This document shows, piece by piece, positions 1 through 8,373 of a stretch of DNA of 20,000 nucleotides. Every line of letters starts with the position of its first letter. The first letter of the stretch is position 1. This stretch comes from an uncultured virus (IMG/VR IMGVR_UViG_3300030019_000031). Its lineage: Duplodnaviria > Heunggongvirae > Uroviricota > Caudoviricetes. Location of the stretch: the IMG/VR virus record IMGVR_UViG_3300030019_000031. One strand, 5' to 3'. Made by a program: the position numbers and the translations under genes. The notes beneath the pieces are model-generated. The model saw only the letters and a program-made list of their open reading frames with translations, ran no database searches and had not been told where the DNA came from.

Positions 1-36
1 AGCAAAACATAACTGTGCTGCTGTAAAATCACTCAT
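1..36 (-). CDS. Hypothetical protein, 5' end only (MSDFTAAQLCFA...), truncated by the window edge
   Basis: ATG at 36-34 overlaps the upstream stop (TAATG) and is preceded by an AGGGAGG RBS. Confidence 0.6.
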   Translation of the reverse strand, partial: MSDFTAAQLCFA

Positions 37-239
37 TATTTTAATCCTCCCTTTATATAATAAGGACAGAATATTGCCGGACATATTATATCCTCATGCT
101 GTTGACAACAGCCATGTGGGCCATTAGCACAAGTTATGCACTTGCATCCATTAACACGACAAACGACACACATGCCGCATTGCTCTTCTTTTTCTTCCTC
201 TGGCTGTTTAGCTGCAGGGAATGCTAGTATCTTTGCCAT
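36..239 (-). CDS. Small Cys-rich hypothetical protein (67 aa, 10 Cys)
   Basis: ORF track 36..275; start moved to ATG 239 (MAKILAF), which follows AAGGAGG. Confidence 0.75.
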   Translation of the reverse strand: MAKILAFPAAKQPEEEKEEQCGMCVVCRVNGCKCITCANGPHGCCQQHEDIICPAIFCPYYIKGGLK

Positions 240-702
240 CTTGCTCCTCCTTAGTGTAATCTTTACCATTTTCATATTTGGGGAAGATATAATCAGTTTC
301 GCCAGGATGCCAGTGTGGATTATCCTCGTGCCAAACTGAATAGATACAGGCTCTGCAACATGTTGAGCCGCTCCGCCAATGGATCATCCCATAGTATTCA
401 GGCTGATGACAGACGGGGCATATAACTATTCTGAGCATTTCTGCCTCGGGGTTATTCTTTCCCTCTTTAAGTTGTATCTGTAGAGCTTCTTCAATTGCAG
501 TAATTAAGGAATCCTCATCCACATAACACTCCGGATCATTATCCGCACATGGTGGATAACAAGGATTACCGTTACCATCTGATGTAACTCCATGATGACA
601 ATCATCTGTGTATTTGCAAAAAGTACAGTGATCAATGCCTAATCTATCTGCCAATTGGGAAAGTTCCTCTAAAGATAAATCGCTTAACTTAAGCTCTACC
701 AT
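208..702 (-). CDS. Hypothetical protein with two Cys-rich, putatively Zn-binding modules (164 aa)
   Basis: ORF track 208..804; start moved to ATG 702 (MVELK), which has an AGGAGG RBS and avoids a long overlap; motifs CTFC..C, CYPPC, CPVC, CCRAC. Confidence 0.75.
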   Translation of the reverse strand: MVELKLSDLSLEELSQLADRLGIDHCTFCKYTDDCHHGVTSDGNGNPCYPPCADNDPECYVDEDSLITAIEEALQIQLKEGKNNPEAEMLRIVICPVCHQPEYYGMIHWRSGSTCCRACIYSVWHEDNPHWHPGETDYIFPKYENGKDYTKEEQDGKDTSIPCS

Positions 703-922
703 TATTTGTATCCTCCTTTGTTTTCTCTCTTGCTTGTTTCCATTCACCATAGCCAACAGCTTCAAGTCGTATAAATCGCCCATCGTAACCATAAAGGAAA
801 TCATACATTGGATCTGCTAAGGCGATTACAGTAGCCAAGTCTTCTTTTGCTTGTTTTAATTGTTGCTCTAGTAAATCAAACTCTTCCTGCGTTGGTGGTA
901 ACGTTAATGGTTTAGTTGTCAC
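689..922 (-). CDS. Hypothetical protein (77 aa, short coiled coil)
   Basis: GTG start coupled to the upstream stop (TAGTG); GAGGTG RBS. Confidence 0.7.
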   Translation of the reverse strand: MTTKPLTLPPTQEEFDLLEQQLKQAKEDLATVIALADPMYDFLYGYDGRFIRLEAVGYGEWKQAREKTKEDTNNGRA

Positions 923-1311
923 TACTTAACACCTCTAGCCCTTCTAAATTTGTCTCTGGGATCTTTGACATGCATAGAGGATTGTAACGCCTTTATAAGA
1001 CGCTCCTCGCTAGTCCAAATCTCAATTACTTTACCCGTTGTGGTATAGATATCCAACTCCATATCGAAGGCTGCTTTTGGAGGAGTCGCTAACATATTAC
1101 CAATGACACCGAACATTATTGTACTTGAGACTTGCCTGGTTGCCGCTACGAGATCCTTACGCGCATCGACTGTTCGATTTTGAATAATCTGTACATGTGA
1201 AACATGTAGCTCGGTAAGATGCCATAATGAATTATACCCGTATACTTTACCAAGCGAACATGTTATGTGCTTCCATCCGCATTCTTTTGTATTGTGTATC
1301 TTAGTTCCCAT
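922..1311 (-). CDS. Hypothetical protein (about 129 aa)
   Basis: ORF track 922..1320; ATG at 1311 is preceded by GGTGA; lies just downstream of the promoter-like motif at 1342-1380. Confidence 0.7.
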   Translation of the reverse strand: MGTKIHNTKECGWKHITCSLGKVYGYNSLWHLTELHVSHVQIIQNRTVDARKDLVAATRQVSSTIMFGVIGNMLATPPKAAFDMELDIYTTTGKVIEIWTSEERLIKALQSSMHVKDPRDKFRRARGVK

Positions 1312-1341
1312 ATAAGTCACCAGTCGCTTTCATATTTATCT

Positions 1342-1380
1342 TATATTAATATAATATCCAAATGATTTTTGTTTTTTACT
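1342..1380 (-). promoter_or_regulatory. Phage promoter-like motif, degenerate copy (AGTAAAAAAC-N14-TATTATATTAATATA)
   Basis: Same 10+14+15 architecture as four other intergenic copies; upstream box matches 7/10, downstream box matches consensus. Confidence 0.65.
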
Positions 1381-1411
1381 GGCTTGCGAATTGAAACGAA
1401 GACGACAGAAC

Positions 1412-1466
1412 AAAAGAGACGAAATCTGCCGCTCGCGGTACACCACGGCAGCGAGCTTTCGCCTCT
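1412..1466 (-). terminator. Probable intrinsic terminator after thyX
   Basis: Minus-strand stem AGAGGCGAAA/TTTCGTCTCT (one G-U) enclosing GC-rich inner stems, followed by a T-rich tail. Confidence 0.6.
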
Positions 1467-1477
1467 CTCTTAGTCCC

Positions 1478-2524
1478 TTATATATTTATATCGTATTTAC
1501 TGTAACGCTCCTGCGCCAATTTATGGCATATAGACATTACTTCACGCATCTGCGGATGAGCCGGATCAGCATCGCGTAATCCAAAGATGATATCCCACTC
1601 GGATAAAGGTGCCGTCATAATGATCTCGGTCTTTAATGAGTTAGGCAATATTGCCCTTGCTTCTTGTGGCGTTGCCCCCAAGCCAATAAGAAAGTTATAA
1701 CCACTCTCAGCCATTTCCATATGAGTACGCCACATTTGAAATTTTTGTGTATTTGCATAGTCAACGGAATTCGCTCCGGCACGGGCATCACATGGCATCC
1801 AGAAACAAGGATCAATAAACGTTAACTGACTACCGAATTTGGCTTTACGATAATTACAGTAGCGCGTAGATTCCTGCGCAAAGCTTACAGGACGATGACG
1901 AACAAGCTCATGTGATACACCACGATCACAGATAAAATCTGCGGTCATATAGACATGTCGCTTTATAATCTTGTCGCCGAGCCAATCGCAACAAAGAAGG
2001 ATCTCCTGCTCAATTACATGAGCGTCTTCATAGTTGGAGGTGTTGAATGTGTACGGATTAGCCAGATCAGCAAAAAGCACATTGTATTGATCCGGATCAT
2101 AACGATATAGCGCTTGCAAAATACCGGAGCATCTCATCCAACCGTTTTCTTCTGCTATCCGCGATTGGATGTAATTACGCCATGCCCTTACATTGCCCGT
2201 AACTAGAGTTACTTCACCTGCCATAACCTGAAATACCTCTTGCCTCTCAGGATGAGAAGACAACATAACGTAATCCATTGCCAAGAAAGTGCCATGCCCT
2301 TCACAGTTTATAGCTTGCCCAACGCGTACAGGTAAAACAAGTGAATACACAGCATGCTCAAGCATGGCCGTATGTTTATTCTCTATTATCCTCTGTACGA
2401 ATGCTTTATTAGAATCCTCAGTAATCTTATCCTCCGATTTGTAACACACACGACCACAGCGCTCGATCTTCATCAGTGGATTTGTTTCCTCAATGAGTGA
2501 ACAAGACGGTTTAATTATTTGCAT
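1478..2524 (-). CDS. thyX: FAD-dependent thymidylate synthase ThyX (348 aa)
   Basis: Signature RHR-X7-S (ELVRHRPVSFAQESTRY), N-terminal HTAMLEH, EARAILPNS and AHPQMR; start ATG 2524 after GAGGAGG. Confidence 0.95.
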   Translation of the reverse strand: MQIIKPSCSLIEETNPLMKIERCGRVCYKSEDKITEDSNKAFVQRIIENKHTAMLEHAVYSLVLPVRVGQAINCEGHGTFLAMDYVMLSSHPERQEVFQVMAGEVTLVTGNVRAWRNYIQSRIAEENGWMRCSGILQALYRYDPDQYNVLFADLANPYTFNTSNYEDAHVIEQEILLCCDWLGDKIIKRHVYMTADFICDRGVSHELVRHRPVSFAQESTRYCNYRKAKFGSQLTFIDPCFWMPCDARAGANSVDYANTQKFQMWRTHMEMAESGYNFLIGLGATPQEARAILPNSLKTEIIMTAPLSEWDIIFGLRDADPAHPQMREVMSICHKLAQERYSKYDINI

Positions 2525-3149
2525 ATTTATCCTCCTCAATTAATTTACGTTTTGATATAATGTCGCGACTATACGAAGAACTGTATATACCATTGCGCCA
2601 TTTTTGTCTAGCGCTATTCTCCCCATAATTATATGCCATCAGTGCCCTTTGAGCGTCATATCTAAGTAGATAGGTCGAAATCATATAAACGCCGGCTTCT
2701 ATATTTTGTTTAGCATTTAGGAAGTCGGTAACGCCTAAAGCTTCTTGTAACCACTTATGATTGCATTTATTAATTTGCATTATGCCGTAATCATTAGTGG
2801 CACTGATGCCATCCACTGTAAAATTGGACTCTCGCCACATCATGGCAAGAACCAATTCATAGTGCTGTGGGATACCATACTGTTGACACTTCTTGTATGT
2901 ATATTCTTGTAGGGATGTGTCAAGCGGAATATGATAAGTCGCTATAGCCAATTTTGCAGGGGTTTTATATTCTTTGGCAGTATAAGTAGCAGATGTATCT
3001 ACTTGTACCACCACTGGTACGCTAAAAGTTGACTTGTTAGGTAATTGTGGCCCCAATGGAATTGATGCATCTTTTGTTGCGGGGGCACAAGCTATTAGTA
3101 GACCGCATATTAATACAAACGCAATACCTCTTTTGAGGTACTTAGGCAA
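2511..3149 (-). CDS. SLT-family lytic transglycosylase with a predicted lipoprotein signal peptide (212 aa)
   Basis: SLT motifs AMMWRESNF (catalytic E), DYGIMQI, NIEAG, ALMAYNYG; proposed TTG start at 3149 after AAGGGG gives MPKYLKRGIAFVLICGLLIA-C (lipobox LIAC). Confidence 0.88.
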   Translation of the reverse strand: MPKYLKRGIAFVLICGLLIACAPATKDASIPLGPQLPNKSTFSVPVVVQVDTSATYTAKEYKTPAKLAIATYHIPLDTSLQEYTYKKCQQYGIPQHYELVLAMMWRESNFTVDGISATNDYGIMQINKCNHKWLQEALGVTDFLNAKQNIEAGVYMISTYLLRYDAQRALMAYNYGENSARQKWRNGIYSSSYSRDIISKRKLIEEDKYANN

Positions 3150-4338
3150 TATCTTGCCCCTTCTTATAAAATAATAGGAAGTAGCAACCATGTCGTATTG
3201 CGTCCCTTGCATGTTTCATACCTGTTTGCCAGTAGCCCCATTGCGTCAACTTCTCATCTGTTACGAATCCTTTTGCCGTGACAGCCATCTGTTTGTGTGT
3301 TTTAATGTCTTTCATCTGACAGTACGCTTCGATAGCGCCTATAACGCGTACAGTAAATACTGGGCTATAACTGTGTCTTTCGAGTTTGTGTGAATAAACA
3401 CGATAATCCTCATATACGATGAAGTCCGGTGCTTTATCATCAATTAATTCCATTAAGACCTTCGCATTGATATTTTGTTCATCGTAACAATTTTCAACGT
3501 GTCCTGTCTCAGTTAACTTGCCATCTTCAAATAAACACCAGCCAGTTGTCATACCAGGATCTAAACAAAGCAGCTTATGCGGTATTTTCTTGTCATGTCT
3601 CAGTCTCTCTAACAGTTCCGCGAATGATAAATTCATATAATCCCACATCCTTTGAAATACTACTTCCATAACACGCTCATGCCGTGTACGTACGTTCTGC
3701 ACTGACACACCTAAGTTCTTAGCCAGTTGGGTTAAATTGAAACTCTGCTTCTGAGACTCAATGAACACTAAGTCCATAATGTAAGCGAATTCCAATTTTT
3801 CCCACCTATTAACATCCATTTTAGTTGGCATATGTTTACCGCGATCAGCCGTTTGCATGATACAAGGCTTTATTATGTTGTCGCAAATGAATGTTAATTC
3901 GTTCTCCTCGACATAGGCATCTAGCTCCTGCTCGGCTTTTTCATCGAAACACATTTCGGCTGCTCCGACTACATCACCATTAGCTAATCTAGCGTCTCCG
4001 TCTAAGTAAACACGATCGTTCTCGCTTAACTGACTCTCTAGCGAATGACGTTGCTTTTTGTATGCCATATGCAATTCACGCTCGATACAAAACCAGGCGT
4101 AAGATGAAAATGGTACTTCGCGTTGAGTTTCATATGTCTGTGCCGCAGTGATTAGACCTAAGCAACCATTTTGGAACTGATCTTCGGTGTATGGGCGGTA
4201 TTTCTTTAATACCTCCGATACCAACTTAATGTTCAGTTCAATGATTTTGTTACGAATCTGAATCTGGTCCTCTGGGTTTGTGATATCCTTTAGTATGCCG
4301 AAAAGCCTATTGGTCTCTGCTTTGTAGTCAAAGTTCAT
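3142..4338 (-). CDS. Sigma-70-family (sporulation-sigma-like) factor fused to a C-terminal RuvC/RNase H-fold nuclease (398 aa)
   Basis: Region 2: RNKIIELNIKLV..KKY..EDQFQNGCLGLITAA..FSSYAWFCIEREL. Region 4 HTH: LTQLAKNLGVSVQNV. RuvC-like: LLCLDPGMTTGWC, IVYED, VIGAIE, HARDAIRHG. Confidence 0.85.
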   Translation of the reverse strand: MNFDYKAETNRLFGILKDITNPEDQIQIRNKIIELNIKLVSEVLKKYRPYTEDQFQNGCLGLITAAQTYETQREVPFSSYAWFCIERELHMAYKKQRHSLESQLSENDRVYLDGDARLANGDVVGAAEMCFDEKAEQELDAYVEENELTFICDNIIKPCIMQTADRGKHMPTKMDVNRWEKLEFAYIMDLVFIESQKQSFNLTQLAKNLGVSVQNVRTRHERVMEVVFQRMWDYMNLSFAELLERLRHDKKIPHKLLCLDPGMTTGWCLFEDGKLTETGHVENCYDEQNINAKVLMELIDDKAPDFIVYEDYRVYSHKLERHSYSPVFTVRVIGAIEAYCQMKDIKTHKQMAVTAKGFVTDEKLTQWGYWQTGMKHARDAIRHGCYFLLFYKKGQDIA

Positions 4339-4388
4339 AGCCGTTCCCCCTAACTTTATTATATAAATCTACGATTTATATTAATATT

Positions 4389-4417
4389 ATTATACGCTAT
4401 TTCATGAAAATTATCCA
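4389..4417 (-). promoter_or_regulatory. Putative sigmaA-type promoter for the sigma-RuvC gene
   Basis: Minus strand TGGATA-N17-TATAAT followed by AATATTAATATA. Confidence 0.55.
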
Positions 4418-4453
4418 GCATTTGCTGAAAAATAGCGCTAACTGCCAAAGACA

Positions 4454-5272
4454 CTATTTTGTCTTGTTTGCGTCTTCGGAAAATTGGGGGAATAGCTCGG
4501 GGTGTTTGTCAATATAGGCTTCTGCCAAAACAATGATACCCTCGACTTGCTCTGCGGTAATTTCTCGCGCATCTTTACTTTTACGCAAGTTACATAATTC
4601 ATGGGCGCATGCCACGTTTGTAAAACAGTCCTTGCCACCAAGTACAATAGGAATAACATGTTCCATATGTAATGTGGAATCCCTCACAATGGGTTCTCCA
4701 CATAGATAGCAAATAGGGAATTCATTACCTTGTTTATCCCTATCAATCACCATCTCACGCGTCCATGGAATACCGGCATTCTTAGTCATCATATATTTGC
4801 GTTTACTATGCGCCCTATGCATGACCTTTCTGCCCTTAGACGAGCCGCGATAGCTCTTCTGCTTGATGGTAATTGCTTCTTTATGATCAGCGTAATACTT
4901 ACGCCCATTCTCACGCTTTATTTCCTGATTATCAGCATAGTATTGCTTGTAATCGCGCTTACCCTTATTCTTATCATAGGATTGTTGTGCCGCATGCTTT
5001 TGGCATTCTTTGCAATTGCCCGAGCAGTTAATCTTAGAACTACTGTTCCGGTTAAATAGATATAGTTTCTTAACTTCTCTACATCTACCGCAACGTTTAT
5101 AACCAGCGGGCACTTCAATACCAACGCCAATTGGGACAGAAGATAATGCCTCAAGAATATCAGGCAAAGCAAGATACTCTTTTTCTTCCGCCTCTGTGAA
5201 GATTTTACCAGCTTCCTTAACACGATTAAGTTGGTCCGCTATAGGATTAATCTTTTCTTTAATATCTGCCAT
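4454..5272 (-). CDS. HNH endonuclease with an N-terminal C4 zinc finger (272 aa)
   Basis: CGRC..CKEC N-terminal finger; C-terminal CYLCG..HMEHVIPIVLGG..NVACAHELCN HNH motif; GGGAGG RBS. Confidence 0.92.
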   Translation of the reverse strand: MADIKEKINPIADQLNRVKEAGKIFTEAEEKEYLALPDILEALSSVPIGVGIEVPAGYKRCGRCREVKKLYLFNRNSSSKINCSGNCKECQKHAAQQSYDKNKGKRDYKQYYADNQEIKRENGRKYYADHKEAITIKQKSYRGSSKGRKVMHRAHSKRKYMMTKNAGIPWTREMVIDRDKQGNEFPICYLCGEPIVRDSTLHMEHVIPIVLGGKDCFTNVACAHELCNLRKSKDAREITAEQVEGIIVLAEAYIDKHPELFPQFSEDANKTK

Positions 5273-5315
5273 TATAGTATCCTCCCTTAAAAAATTGTCT
5301 CCACCATAGCATAAT

Positions 5316-5350
5316 AAAAAAGCGCGAGAAATAATCCCGCGCTTTTCTTC
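5316..5350 (-). terminator. Intrinsic terminator (possibly bidirectional)
   Basis: AAAAGCGCG...CGCGCTTTT inverted repeat with A/T tracts on both sides, just after the stop of the 321-aa gene. Confidence 0.85.
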
Positions 5351-5366
5351 TGTTATTTGTGCTGAA

Positions 5367-6332
5367 TTATTCAGTGACTACAGGAGCAGCTTCATCAACT
5401 ACCGGAGCAGCATCAGTAGCAGCAGGTGCAGTTTCATCAGTAGCCGGCGCTTCAACAATTACAACACCCTTAAGAGATGTAAGAATTGTTTCGAACATCG
5501 CCTTGTCCGTGACTACGTCAGTAAAGGCAGTGAGTTCAGCAACAACTTCTGCGAACTTGTCAGCATCGGATTTCTCAGTCTTGGTTGCCTGCCAAACGAT
5601 GGAATACGGAACATCGAGTTCTTTTGCAATGTCGCCACGAGTTTCACCGGCAGCGAATTTGATCCTGATGTACTCTGCACGAGAAACAACTTTACCATCT
5701 TCAAGAGTCACATCATGCTTCACACGAGTGCCATCCTGTTCTTTGGTGATGTTGTAAATCACGCCATAGCTCAAATCAAGCAGTTTTGCAATGTCGCCAC
5801 GGTTTGCGCCGGCATCGACCTGCTCTTGAATCCATTCATTGCGCGCTTTATCATGTGTCGCAGGAGCATCGCCTTCAATGGCTTTACCCTGAACATAAGT
5901 AATAGCGGCAGCGCCATCAACACCGGGAACAGTCACAACAAGTTCGTTTGCATCAGTTACCTGAATAACAGCGTTCTGTGTTGCACGACCGCGGGTGGTG
6001 GATTCAGCGTCATTGGTAAGATTCACAGTCGCACTGTAAACAACGCGATAAGCGAATTCAAACTTCTCGGCAATGTCTTTACGGGACATATTGTCCGAAA
6101 CGAATTTCTCACGAATGTAAGCTGCTCTGGAACCTTGAGTACCATCATTCATGGTGTAAGTGGTGTTCGCCGTTGCATCCGTTGCATCCGTTGCATCAGC
6201 CGCATCAGTTTCGGTTTTTGCCGAAGCATCGTCTGTAGGTACGGAAGTATCAACAACTGCGTTAGCATCAGGTGTTGCACCATCTTCAGTCTTTTCTGCC
6301 GGGAACTCTTCGTTGAAATTGAATTTACTCAT
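5367..6332 (-). CDS. Putative DNA-binding protein with three HTH-like repeats and acidic Ala/Thr/Asp-rich tails (321 aa)
   Basis: Repeats SRAAYIREKF..SRKDIAEKFEFAYRVVYSAT, ARNEWIQEQV..NRGDIAKLLDLSYGVIYNIT and SRAEYIRIKF..TRGDIAKELDVPYSIVWQAT; AGGAGG RBS; own promoter and terminator. Confidence 0.8.
   Translation of the reverse strand: MSKFNFNEEFPAEKTEDGATPDANAVVDTSVPTDDASAKTETDAADATDATDATANTTYTMNDGTQGSRAAYIREKFVSDNMSRKDIAEKFEFAYRVVYSATVNLTNDAESTTRGRATQNAVIQVTDANELVVTVPGVDGAAAITYVQGKAIEGDAPATHDKARNEWIQEQVDAGANRGDIAKLLDLSYGVIYNITKEQDGTRVKHDVTLEDGKVVSRAEYIRIKFAAGETRGDIAKELDVPYSIVWQATKTEKSDADKFAEVVAELTAFTDVVTDKAMFETILTSLKGVVIVEAPATDETAPAATDAAPVVDEAAPVVTE
6172..6197. repeat. In-frame 9-bp tandem repeat (GTTGCATCC x about 3, encoding DAT-DAT-DAT)
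   Basis: Read directly from the sequence. Confidence 0.8.
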
Positions 6333-6373
6333 TTTTTCTTCCTCCTGATTAATTATTATTTTGTACTTTGTCG

Positions 6374-6412
6374 TATATTATTATAATATCAAAACTGCTT
6401 TTATTTTTAACG
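6374..6412 (-). promoter_or_regulatory. Phage promoter-like motif CGTTAAAAAT-N14-TATTATAATAATATA
   Basis: Intergenic, about 40 bp upstream of the 321-aa gene and in the same orientation. Confidence 0.8.
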
Positions 6413-6456
6413 TAGATTGTAAAATATTTTGAAATAAATTTTATTCCTTTTTGTGA

Positions 6457-6786
6457 TTACACATCACTTCTCTTGTGCCGTAATTCGGTCATTTCTTTCG
6501 TACTTACGAAACGTAATTTGCGCGTCTCTTGCGAGGTATTGATTAGTTGAATAAAACGCATTAGCTTATCCTCATCCACAAGAATATCATTTGTCTCTTT
6601 GTCACTGGCTAAGATGCTTTCAAAATTTAACTTAGAAGCACCATAGCGCCAAGAAAACGCCGCAAGCAAAGTTAAGCCAATCCCTACTTGCTGAATAGCA
6701 TTAAGTTCTGTTAAGACAACTACTTCAGGTTTCTTTTTGTTAAAGGCTTCTCTATGCGATGTATCATGGATCCATTCAAATGCCAT
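6457..6786 (-). CDS. Hypothetical protein (109 aa)
   Basis: AAGGAGGTGA RBS; downstream of a promoter motif copy. Confidence 0.8.
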   Translation of the reverse strand: MAFEWIHDTSHREAFNKKKPEVVVLTELNAIQQVGIGLTLLAAFSWRYGASKLNFESILASDKETNDILVDEDKLMRFIQLINTSQETRKLRFVSTKEMTELRHKRSDV

Positions 6787-6815
6787 AATTTATTTCACCT
6801 CCTTTATATTGTATG

Positions 6816-6854
6816 TATATTATTATAATATGAAAATGCTTTCGATTTTTAACG
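6816..6854 (-). promoter_or_regulatory. Phage promoter-like motif CGTTAAAAAT-N14-TATTATAATAATATA
   Basis: Both boxes identical to the 6374-6412 copy while the spacer differs. Confidence 0.8.
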
Positions 6855-6988
6855 TAGCTAAATAAGTTATTTTATTACCCCCTTGCGGAAAGCCCCGCCA
6901 TACAGCGTTGGCCCATCTCCAATACCCCGACAAAAGTGTACTTCAATAAAAGATTCTTAGGCGGTAACCAATTTTGAACTTTTAAACT

Positions 6989-7027
6989 CGTTAAAAATAT
7001 AATATTTTTTAATATTATATTAATATA
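6989..7027 (+). promoter_or_regulatory. Phage promoter-like motif CGTTAAAAAT-N14-TATTATATTAATATA
   Basis: Divergent partner of the 6816-6854 copy; upstream of the RHH-ligase-primase operon. Confidence 0.8.
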
Positions 7028-7098
7028 GAAGATATTAAAGAACCAATACAAAATTAAGACGTTTATGCGTCAAAACAAAAACCGATAAGGGAGGTAAC

Positions 7099-7299
7099 AT
7101 GATGACTGATACTAAAGCAGAAGAAAAGAATGACGAAGGAACCAAAATGGTCGGTGGTTTAATTCCCATTGAATTATATTGGACCTTCAAAAAAGTACAA
7201 GCAGAACGCAAAGACAATGCTACCAAAGCATTAGAAATCGCCATACGTTTGTATATCGATCCAGACAGTACCGCAGAGTTATTAAGAAAGGAGGATTAG
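7099..7299 (+). CDS. Probable ribbon-helix-helix DNA-binding protein (66 aa)
   Basis: Strand KMVGGLIP followed by helices IELYWTFKKVQAER and ATKALEIAIRLYI; GGGAGG RBS. Confidence 0.7.
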   Translation: MMTDTKAEEKNDEGTKMVGGLIPIELYWTFKKVQAERKDNATKALEIAIRLYIDPDSTAELLRKED

Positions 7300-7303
7300 C
7301 ATT

Positions 7304-8371
7304 ATGGCAGACGATATTGAAATAGTAACAGGTAACGAAGGGGCATTTCTACAATTCGCCAGTAAGTTAGGTGTAATGAAACCAGCGCATGTAGACGATG
7401 ATAATCCCAAACAATTAAAACGTATGCAAGATATTCTTCTTTCCTCAGACTATGGTGCCGAGAGAAAAATTGATGGTTGTCATTATCTGGGTATAGGGCC
7501 TAGATTCTTTAGCACGGAAGGTGTAGAGAAAACAAATAACTATCCACACGTCCGTGATTTCTTCTTAAAGCTAAATATGCCTAATCTCATCCTAGATGGT
7601 GAAATGAATTATCCAGGTAAGACTAGTCAATACTGTACTCGTGTAACTGGCTCTAGTTCTGATGTGGCTGTTGCCTTTCAAAACAAAAACGGCCCTATCC
7701 ATTATACTATGTGGGATATGTTACGCACACCTAAGGGTACTTGGCTATTAAATGAACCTTATTGGAAGAGACGTCAAATAATAGAACAATTTTATGCCCG
7801 ATTCATAGTAGGTACATCTATGGCGCAATATATCCACCTAACAGACTTTTGTAAAGAGAATAAGAAAGCCTTCTATGAAGATATCATTGCCTCCGGGGGT
7901 GAAGGTGTAGTTCTTAAACGTTTTGACAGTCTCTATATTATGGGTAAGAAACCAATGTGGCAATGGATGAAGCTAAAACAAAAGGATACGGCTGATTTCT
8001 TCATATCTGGCTTTGAGGACCCTAAAACAAAGTATGAAGGCGATAACGTCATAGACTGGCCCTTCTGGAAAGAAATTAAAGGCGTCTTAACTCCAGTAAC
8101 AAAGTTCTTCTATAATAACTGGATTGGTGCAATTGAGCTTAGTGCATATGTAGGCGGAGTACCAACTAAAGTATGTACTACCTCTGGCTTCAATGAAGAT
8201 TTGAGACAACAGATATCGGCAGCCCCAGACACGTATCTTAATCGTGTAGTTAAAATATCCTTCATGGAAAAAACAGAGGCAAATTATCCTCGTCATCCTC
8301 GATTTGAGGCTTTCCATGAAAGTAAATTAGCCAATGAGTGTGTTTGGGAGTTATTTGGTCAGGAGGGGTAG
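7304..8371 (+). CDS. ATP-dependent DNA ligase (355 aa)
   Basis: Motif I ERKIDG, III ILDGEM, IIIa WDML, IV EGVVLK, V WMKLK, VI RHPRF. Confidence 0.95.
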   Translation: MADDIEIVTGNEGAFLQFASKLGVMKPAHVDDDNPKQLKRMQDILLSSDYGAERKIDGCHYLGIGPRFFSTEGVEKTNNYPHVRDFFLKLNMPNLILDGEMNYPGKTSQYCTRVTGSSSDVAVAFQNKNGPIHYTMWDMLRTPKGTWLLNEPYWKRRQIIEQFYARFIVGTSMAQYIHLTDFCKENKKAFYEDIIASGGEGVVLKRFDSLYIMGKKPMWQWMKLKQKDTADFFISGFEDPKTKYEGDNVIDWPFWKEIKGVLTPVTKFFYNNWIGAIELSAYVGGVPTKVCTTSGFNEDLRQQISAAPDTYLNRVVKISFMEKTEANYPRHPRFEAFHESKLANECVWELFGQEG

Positions 8372-8373
8372 CA

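Noticed and set aside
3142..3636. TnpB/Cas12/IscB-type RNA-guided nuclease
   Set aside because: The RuvC-like motifs are contiguous in about 160 aa as in resolvases; there is no zinc finger, split RuvC or adjacent guide-like non-coding region
5359..6386. Plus-strand ORFs of 132, 223 and 62 aa
   Set aside because: Antisense shadows of the 321-aa gene with no convincing RBS
6878..6930. G-quadruplex on the minus strand between the divergent promoters
   Set aside because: Four G-runs exist but the loops are 10-15 nt; support is too weak
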